This document shows positions 55,913 to 64,000 of a stretch of 64,000 nucleotides of DNA, one piece after another. The position numbers and the translations under genes are program-made. Below the pieces are notes generated by a model. The model was not told the DNA's origin, made no database searches, and was given only the letters and a program-made list of their open reading frames with translations. The stretch spans positions 2,294,001-2,358,000 of the forward strand of contig CM074814.1 of NCBI GenBank assembly GCA_037447605.1, in the 5' to 3' direction. Numbering within the stretch: position 1 is the first letter of the stretch; every line of letters begins with the position of its first letter. Source of the DNA: Zygnema circumcarinatum SAG 698-1b. Its lineage: Eukaryota; Plantae; Zygnematophyceae.

Positions 55913-57180
55913 ATGGCGTGCGCTTTGGCGGCTGTCTCGGTACCATCGACGAAGGGAGCAAGTCTGCAAGTCCTATGCAGCCATCGCTCGGCGGCTGACA
56001 GGATTGCTGCTGCTCCTGCTCGTCAGTCAGTAGCAGGAATCCCAAGATGGAGCTGCTTGCGTGCAATGCCACTTGATATTGGGACTAGAGCACCAACGTT
56101 GACCAGCTCAAAGAGGTTCAAGAGAGCAGAGAGCAAGTACCTGGGAAACGCTTCTCATTCAGGCACGATCAGTGCTAATAATGGAAGCGGCGCCGATGTG
56201 AGCGCGGGAACAACCTCTTCTGCAGCCGGGGTTTCGCCAGGAACTGCTGGAGCCGTGTCCCTTGTTGTGGCTATCGGAATACCTGTGCTGGCTGGAATGT
56301 TCGTCAGTTCATTCAACAAGTCAACTTCTGATTGGTATCAGTCGTTGAAGAAGCCTTCTTGGAACCCCCCGGATGCTGTTTTTGGCGCAGTTTGGTCGTT
56401 TCTCTATGCTGCTATGGGCTATTCGGCATGGCTCGTGTGGAGGAATGGCGGATGGGAGGCACAGTCGGGGCCGCTTACTGTGTATGCCGTGCAGCTGGTA
56501 CTCAACCTGCTTTGGCCGGTCCTCTGCTTTGGCGCCCAGAGCCTCTTCTGGTCACTGATTGATATTGGTGAGGACGATGCTCCCGTCTTTGTGACCCGCG
56601 AAAAAAGTTGGATGTATTCTGCGCATAATTACTTCATTTGGTGATCACAAGACATTCAATTGTTCTTAATGGTTATCGCGTTGTTTTCTCCAGAAGTAGC
56701 CAGCAATTTGTAAGGTGGCTTTGGCTGCATGGTGTACTTGTCTTGGTTAAGGACTTGCATGCTAACATGAAACTCTGCAGTAAGCAGAAGGGCATTGCGC
56801 TTTCAGTTTGACCATATCTCAATTGCACTATTGTAACGTGCATGTTCGCTTACAAATCGACTAAGATTTATAATTTAGACTATGCTCAACTCCATGATTC
56901 TATTTACGTTGCTTCTCTTGTTGGCTTCGTCTGATCTTTTCCAATTTGATGTTTAATTCATTGTTTGCCTTGGTCCTGCCTTGCAGTCCTCCTCCTTTTT
57001 GCCGTTTACAACACAATTCAGGCATTCCATCCAATCGATGAGTTTGCTGCACAGCTCCTTTGGCCGTACTTTGGATGGGTGGTCTTTGCCGCTGTCCTGA
57101 ACTTCTCCCTCTGGCGGGAAAACCGAAGGAGACCACCACCATCAGGGACTATTGCTGGAGCCCAAGGATATGCGACTTAA
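55913..57180 (+). CDS. TSPO: Translocator protein TspO/MBR family with a long N-terminal extension
   Basis: Exons 55913-56567 and 56987-57180 (GT-AG, phase 1). WYQSLKKPSWNPPDAVFGAVWSFLY, QLVLNLLWPVLCFG, LLWPYFGWVVFAAVLN; five hydrophobic helices. Confidence 0.95.
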
Positions 57181-60154
57181 GGGCACCAACGAAAGTGTTT
57201 TTCACAGGTCCTCATTCGAGCCGTTTGTGAGAGATGAGAAGACAAAGGGAGTTGAGGGACCGTGCACTGTGTATAGGGAGGTTCTGTCGTGAGGATTGAG
57301 CGCGTGTGATGCATAGTTTTTTTGAGTGTAGTGCCTTTCAACTGTATCAATTCAATGTCAATTTTTGTAATGGGCAAGTGAATTCTTAAACTTTTGATGT
57401 AGGTCGTAATTGGGCACGATGTTTCTGATTGTGATGATTTTCTGTTGCATGTGTGTAGCTGGTTCACCTGAAAATTCCTCTTCAATTCAGCTTGGTTTCT
57501 TAGTTATTTTTAGAAAAATACACAACACAGTTGAAAATAAATAAAAATGAACATAAAAGCAGCAGAAACCAATATACCGTCCACTATAACTCGTCGAATT
57601 CCTCTTCCTCGCCCTTCTCCCATCCCTCTCCACTTTCTTCTCCTTTCTCTTCCCCTCCCTCTCTAATCCCCCCCTTCCCCTCCCTCCTCCCCTCCCTCTT
57701 CCCCGCTGCCTCCTTTTTTTCCTTCCTCCTACCCTCGTCCTTCCCAACATCCCCCCTAACCCCTCCCTCAGGATCCCCCTTTCATCTCCCTTTACCCCAC
57801 CTTTCGCCGCTCTACCACTCTCTCACCTTCTTGTTCTCTGCCCTGAATATCAATGCAGTATATATGGTCCTGTCTTATAGTTCTGTATAAGCAGACAGCC
57901 CTGCAAACCTCACTATTTGCCTCGATTCGCCCTTTACCCTTGCGAGCTGTCCAGTAGAGGGTCAGATTGATGCATCTTCACAATGGGGGGTATCAAACTT
58001 CACAAAATTTCAGTATGTTTGACACCAGAACGAGTACTCCGGTGACATCGCGATCCCCCTGCAAAGGAGTACTTCCTTAACTTTCCTTTTCGTCAAATTT
58101 TGTTTTTGAACCCCCCTAATGAAAAATGCGGTGGGCCTTACTAATAGCCCTACTAGTATTTCGGGCGGTAAGCACCACAAAGTGCTCCAAAATTGAAATT
58201 TTGTTCTTCTAAAAAGTGTCACACTGGGAGGTTTCAGACCGAGAAAAGTTTCACGCTTTTGGGATTCAAACTCAGCGAAAGGTTTTATTCGAAACAAGTG
58301 GGAACACCGGATGCAAATTTACCTTCTCAAAAAAAAAAAATCCGTATCGATCTTTAAAACGTCTGAAACCACCTATTGGTATTTTTAGACTGCATGGGGT
58401 CACCATCGCCGAACAATGGAAAAAACAACCAATAATCGCACACTTAACCCCAAGAAACCAGGTATATAGTACCGAGCTATAGTTTTAAGGTTGTCAGGGG
58501 TTGTAGAGTGAAAAGAAGCATACTCCAGCAAAACCCTACAACCCTTTTTTACGAGTGAATAAAGGGTGCGTTTTCATGGTGCAACCATGAAACCCTTCGT
58601 TCGTTCGTTCGTCCATTCAGTTGAATGAAAAAGTTGCAAACCGCGGCGGAGAGTTCGCAAACCTTCGAAACGAAGTTTTTTCATCCAACCTGTTTAACGA
58701 AGTTGAATGAAAACCACTCGCACGTGTGATCCGCCTGGATGACCGGAGGGCGGCGCCATTTCAGCCAAAGCAAAACCACCACGTGACGTCCAGGTGGCAC
58801 ATGACATTGTGAACCCCGGCGAGAATTTTTTCTAGCGAAGCCCTGAACCCTAATAGCTGGGAACTGTACAAAAACCCGGTGTACCACGTGTCGTTATTTC
58901 GTTGGTGATTTGGATCTCGCGAGTCTACCCCATTTTTCTATTCGGGCACAAAAGTGAAATTTAAATTATTTAGCGTCGCCTGTCGCGAACCCGCTCAACG
59001 TTCGCACGTGCATTTGCATCAGCATTTGTTCAACAAAATGACATGGGGAGGGAACCACGAGGAACCACTGCTCGCAAAGGTCCTGATAATGCGTCTGTCT
59101 CATGAGTCCACATTGCCAGTCAGTGCCAGTGGAGGGTTTTTCCAATACCAGTACTCTGCAGTTCGTTTATTGAGTTATAGCGGAGGCAACACGTACTGAG
59201 TTGGAGGTTGACATTACCCACCATCGTCAGACCAATGCCACATGGAGGCCATTATGGGAGTCACCCTAAGGGTTCGTTTTCCTGGTCACACTGAATACAG
59301 TAGAATGATCTTGTTGATTTCTTTACTGCGAGCAGCATGGAAATGGAATCCGCCGCAAACGTCTCCAGGCCACATACGACATGTGTGAGATTCGTGCTAG
59401 CTGGCAGCACTCGCTGGATCCAATTCCCTTGTTGGAGACGAACGTTCGCTGCCGGCTCAGCAAGCGCGAGTGATTGGCGCAGCCGCCACAGGATCTGATT
59501 TGAAATATCTTTTACCAGATTCTCTGGTGGTGTCAAGATTCGGTTTGCCATCCCCGGATTTGGATGTTTCGTACAAGATCTGGTCTGAGAATCTGACTGG
59601 CGGTAAGTAGAGATTTATGACCGGATCAGAAAAAAAAAGGTCCTTCGCTTGACCGAAGATCTTAGGGAATCCTGACAGGTCATTTGTTTTTAGCGGGTTC
59701 TCTGGGCCGGAAAGCGTGTCGTTTTGCGATTTTGTACAGCTGGTGTGCCTCTGGATTTCTCCAAATGCGAGTTGTCGGAGTGGCAGGGAAAAGTCAGCTT
59801 ACAGGCTGCATACGTGGCCAATGGTTAATGGCTGGTGCTGAATGCGACATTTACTTTAATCCACTGGCCGTCTGCCACGTATACTGTCCCCCAAATCTGA
59901 TTGATGGGCAAACATTACGAGCGTGAACATGACCATCACGCGAGACGTACGAAATTCTGAATCTGGTCATTTCCTGTGACGTTCCATGAACCACGGAACC
60001 AGTTCCAAAATGTTACGGGATCCAGCGCAGCGATCCGGCAAGTGCCAGCATGGAATTGCAAAAGTCGTTTGGATTTTTCGCATCTTGAAAAATAGCGACC
60101 GCCACCAGATCCAGCCAATCAGAGCGCATAATTTTGATTTCTAGAAGATCCTTT

Positions 60155-61166
60155 GTACGGACGACTGCAAAAGTCTGCGTGGGCGGCGGCCCCCGTCTTC
60201 CGGTACTCGATATGCGCGGAAAACGACAATGTCCCGTCGCCCCGGGAACCCCGCGCCCCTGCAGCCAAGGGACCGACCGTCTTTTTTTTGGAAGTGACCT
60301 CCGAAAAAAAAAAAACTGAAAAACCGCCAAAAGCGAAAACGCGCAGCAGAAAACAAACTTACTAAATGCATATGGACCTGCCCTGAAAATTGGGCAAAAA
60401 AAACTTGCGTTTTCTGCCGCATCCGCCGCCGCAAAAACGTTCGGATTTGTTTGCCCGACGAGACCGTCCAATATCTGTACGGTCCCGGCATGTTTTTACG
60501 GTACGGTTTCGTACGGTCTTAATAGCCCCATCAGTCCTAGGAAGCTCCACCCGCCTCCGTGGGCGGCAGCTGACGGCCGGAAATTCATAATTATCCATTA
60601 TGGCGTATGCCCCGTTTGTACCCGATCGTCGCAGCCGCTCGCCCTTCATTTAATTTCATTCTTTCGCGTTTTACTCCCCGCCAAAAGCACCGCTCGCCGC
60701 ATGCAATGCCACTTGCCAACTGTTCGTCCAAGGAGGGAAGTCCGTACAAGCCCACTCCGTACAGGGGCAAACTCTAACACGGCCGAGTTGAACTTGACTC
60801 GCCAAATTCAGCTTCCTACGTGGTGACACGTGCCGTCAAGCCATTGGATAAATGTGATTTTATGATCACGTGGCGACTTTGTGTTGGACGTCTTTGATTT
60901 ATGGAAAACAGTCGAGTGGAAAAAAGTTGACGCTCACCAAACGGAGTTCGCCTCGGGGTCCAAAATTTGTGCAATTCAACCAATGAAAGCAAGCCACGTG
61001 TGACTACGTCACCAACCGTCATCCGGGGTCCGTTGAATGACCCGGCCAGTGTCGAGGCGTACGGAAATTCGCTGCCGGGCGGTGGGCCAACTTGGGCCTG
61101 TACGGACGGCCAAAAGCTGTTGGAAAAGCACGGGTCCGTACGGTCTGTACGTTACAAGGTCCGTAC
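60155..61166. promoter_or_regulatory. Cluster of CCGTAC/GTACGG motifs upstream of the KIAA0930-like gene
   Basis: Ten sites at 60155, 60477, 60501, 60511, 60742, 60757, 61059, 61100, 61136 (palindromic CCGTACGG), 61161. Confidence 0.35.
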
Positions 61167-61569
61167 AATCTTGCAAGAGGGCCTCTTGCAAGGGGGAGGA
61201 GCAGGGTCTTGCAAGGGGGAGCTTCAGGCCATGGCTGGAAGCAGCTGCCCTTGGAACAACAAGCAGAAGGAGGGGGCGTGGTCGTGAGGAGGATTGTTTA
61301 GAGATAATTAGTTTGGATATTGATTTTGGCGATACGGGAAAGAGAGGATGGGGAGCTTGACTATGGTGGAAACTGCGGGTCAACGAAGCTTGAGAATGCG
61401 GGAGGTACTGACGGAGAAGAGTTTTGGAACTAAGTTTGGAAGGCTGAGTGATTCCGGGGCAACCAAGTCCATTCTTCAACTGATGATGAGTTTGCAGGTG
61501 GAGAAAGAAAAAAACTGCTTGTTACAATTGAATACGGAAGGCGATAATGCAGGAGCCTGTTTGCAGGGA

Positions 61570-64000
61570 ATGGCTGAGAAGACAAGGTAAAGTGTGCAGA
61601 ATGAAATGGTGATTATGGAGGGATTTTTGAAAATGAGGAATTTTATGATTTTCGGCTTCCATCACCTGTAAGGGCGGTTGGCTGGCGAGAGAGAAAGCGG
61701 GAGCGGGGAATGGAAGAGGGGAGAAAACCAGAGGAGAGGGAGAGCGAGAGCGAGAGCAGGAAAGAGAGGAAATTCCCTCTGGTGCAGGCTTATTTTACTG
61801 CTCCCAGCATTTAACCTCTTAAAAGCTCTGTGTTTGGCTATATCAACAGGGCGGAGGAGGAAACGAGCTGTTTGACTACGATTATTGCATGTGAAGATTG
61901 TCGAATTCAATCACTCAATTGGAATGAGCGAAATCGAGAGGAGAATGTTACCGTTCCCAGTCCTGTCAGGTATTTGACCCGCTGATGTTATATTCATTCA
62001 CATCGTTGTTTATTGAACGTTGAGAACATAAACCAGTCCAAAAGCCAGTCTGTCTCTCAGCAGCCAATCAGGCACGAGGTAAAGCCAGCTGCTATTTGCT
62101 CTTTTTCGACTTGAAACAAGCTGCGGCTTTGGAGGAGATGTCATGATGTGGTCTTGCTTGTGGGTGTTGTAGCCGGCGCGACCTGCTGGACCTTGTTAGC
62201 AAGCATTCAGACGGACTTCCGAGGCCAAATGGAGTTCAAGGAGCTTCATCAGACCCCTTAGATGGCGGTTTAATGGATGCTCGCTACTGGCGGGAAGTGC
62301 TGGACTTGTTCTTTGTCCGAGGATGGGGCTCTGGAGAGAGTAGCGCGCAGTTCAACAAGGATGCTCTATTCGATGACATGCTTTTTTTTGTGAGGTCAGA
62401 GGTACTGAAAGGAATTTCTCCATCACTACTTTTCCGACGCCTTCATAAAAGCACAAACTGATGATGTTTCTCTTTTCTCAAAAGATCTTGCAACTGTACT
62501 TGAATGAGCATTTTCACAGATAAACTTGGCTGGAGTGAAGATTTTCTTGCTTGACATACTTGCGTATGGAAGTATCGAAATCATCTAAAATTGACTAGTG
62601 GAGCTCTACCCTTTGTAACAGTTAATTGATTGAGTTGAAAGTAGAATGGTGGAAGTGACCATCCTGGAGCATATGGTTCTGAAATGCAGAGTGGGAACGG
62701 TGAAGAGGCGAAGGAGGAAAAGTCATGTGGCAACAAGCCATATTTCGTCCGCCGATGGAGCAGCAATGTAGGCGCCCACTTCCCCTTGTGCTGCATCCTA
62801 TTTTAGTTGCTTGCAGGAGTGGCGGGTAAGCCATCCGGCAATTTTGGAGTACTTGGTTCTGCTGTAAAGTCGCCCACTGTGTTAGAGCAGTGAGAGCCAA
62901 ACAGACTCTATCTCAAGCTCAGGTGTTGATGGTGGCTGCTGGACAGTTGACTCGTGTGGTTGGCAACAGCGATGTTGATTGGAGGCGCTCCTTTTATCTC
63001 AATCTCATCTGCCATACGACCTTCACCCTCACAGTGGCAGTCTGCAGGTAGTTGACCGACGATTCACTTACTCGCACTATCAATTTCCTGCACATTTTTT
63101 TATTTTCGCCTCCCTCCCAGCCCTCCTCCCTCTCTTCGTAAGACTTAAAAATCCTGGGTTGGGACCATGTTCCTACAGCCGACGAGCACTCGAAGAGCAC
63201 AAGTCAAAACCGGATGGCCCTCCAGTGACTCCTATAGCAAAGGTACACCTCAGCTCTTTTCGGAGGCCAGCTCCCATACTCTGATTAGATCTGCCTATGC
63301 CATGTTTTCCAATTGCTTGTTTTCTTTATTCGCAAGGCAATGTTTGATCAACGTTTTTCAGGCTCTCCTGATGTCCTGTTGACTATCTTCTGCAGATCAC
63401 AAAGCGAGTTTATGCATCGCCTAACATGGCCCGGCTGGACAGTGCTCCAATCAAGGTTTGTCTACCCTACAAACATGCAGTTTTGGTTCTCGTTCACCAT
63501 AGCACTTCCATTGTAGGATTGAATAATTCAGAAGAAGATTCTGCAACACCCCCGTTCAACGCGTTGATGGGCACGTAGTTAGCATCTGCTCAGTCTTAGT
63601 GGGTCGATTGGAAACTTTGACACTTGCAGACCTGCTGGAAGGGCTGCCTAAAAAAGTTTTGATAGTTCCGTGGAACAGGCTCAAGAAGCTACGCCGACAT
63701 ATCCTCAAATCTGTTTCGCCATCGACGACTTCAACGATGCGTTCCAATCAATGGTGCGTTCACAATAACAGATTGCCAGTCCTAAACCGCTGGAGAGATA
63801 AAGCTGCTGTAAACGAATGACGATTTTAGGAATTCTGCAGTTTGACGCCTTGATTCCTCCCCCGCTTTCAGGAACTGCGAGATCCGGATCACTGCCTTTG
63901 CGTTCTTCTCAATTCTCAAGGAGGAGCTGCGTTTCCTGCGACTAACCCCGATGGAACAGACAAAACACGTAGCAGAAATTTGGAGAGAAAGACAAGTTCT
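61570..64000 (+). CDS. KIAA0930/DUF2045-like conserved uncharacterised protein (3' end beyond the window; start tentative)
   Basis: Exons ~61570-61586, 61850-61969, 62173-62401, 62645/62690-62767, 62947-63047, 63179-63242, 63396-63455, 63679-63753. Motifs: MDARYWREVLDLFFVRG, DDMLFFVR, KPYFVRRW, VDWRRSFYLNLICHT, KRVYASP, YPQICFAIDDF. First exon could extend to ATG 61348. Confidence 0.8.

Overview
Eukaryotic, intron-rich nuclear DNA from a green plant lineage. The gene set, CDKB with a PSTALRE motif, plastid-targeted SecA/L31/G3PDH and microsatellite-packed introns suggest a streptophyte alga or early-diverging land plant (inference). Nine protein-coding genes were reconstructed by hand from GT-AG splice sites and recognised protein motifs: plastid-type glycerol-3-phosphate dehydrogenase (5' end outside the window), SCY1-like pseudokinase (20 exons), plastid ribosomal protein L31, a large ankyrin-CCCH-RRM-LOTUS/OST-HTH-RING protein, plastid SecA1 (20 exons), B-type CDK, a KORRIGAN-like membrane GH9, TSPO, and a KIAA0930/DUF2045-like gene cut by the window end. 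Most long ORFs in the supplied track are artefacts of GA/CT microsatellites and G-rich minisatellites. No rRNA, tRNA, CRISPR array or intact transposon was seen. Best leads: (1) the uncharacterised five-module RNA-binding RING ligase; (2) a KOR-like GH9 that has lost the second catalytic Asp (DAGD to DGGG) and several other active-site residues; (3) intronic G-quadruplex-type satellites, two of which end in an identical 45-bp tag; (4) readable promoter grammar (MSA+E2F at CDKB, ABRE/CE3 at TSPO, dense CCGTAC clusters); (5) a possible unannotated small spliced ORF near 48 kb. All exon models are manual and unverified by RNA data or database search.
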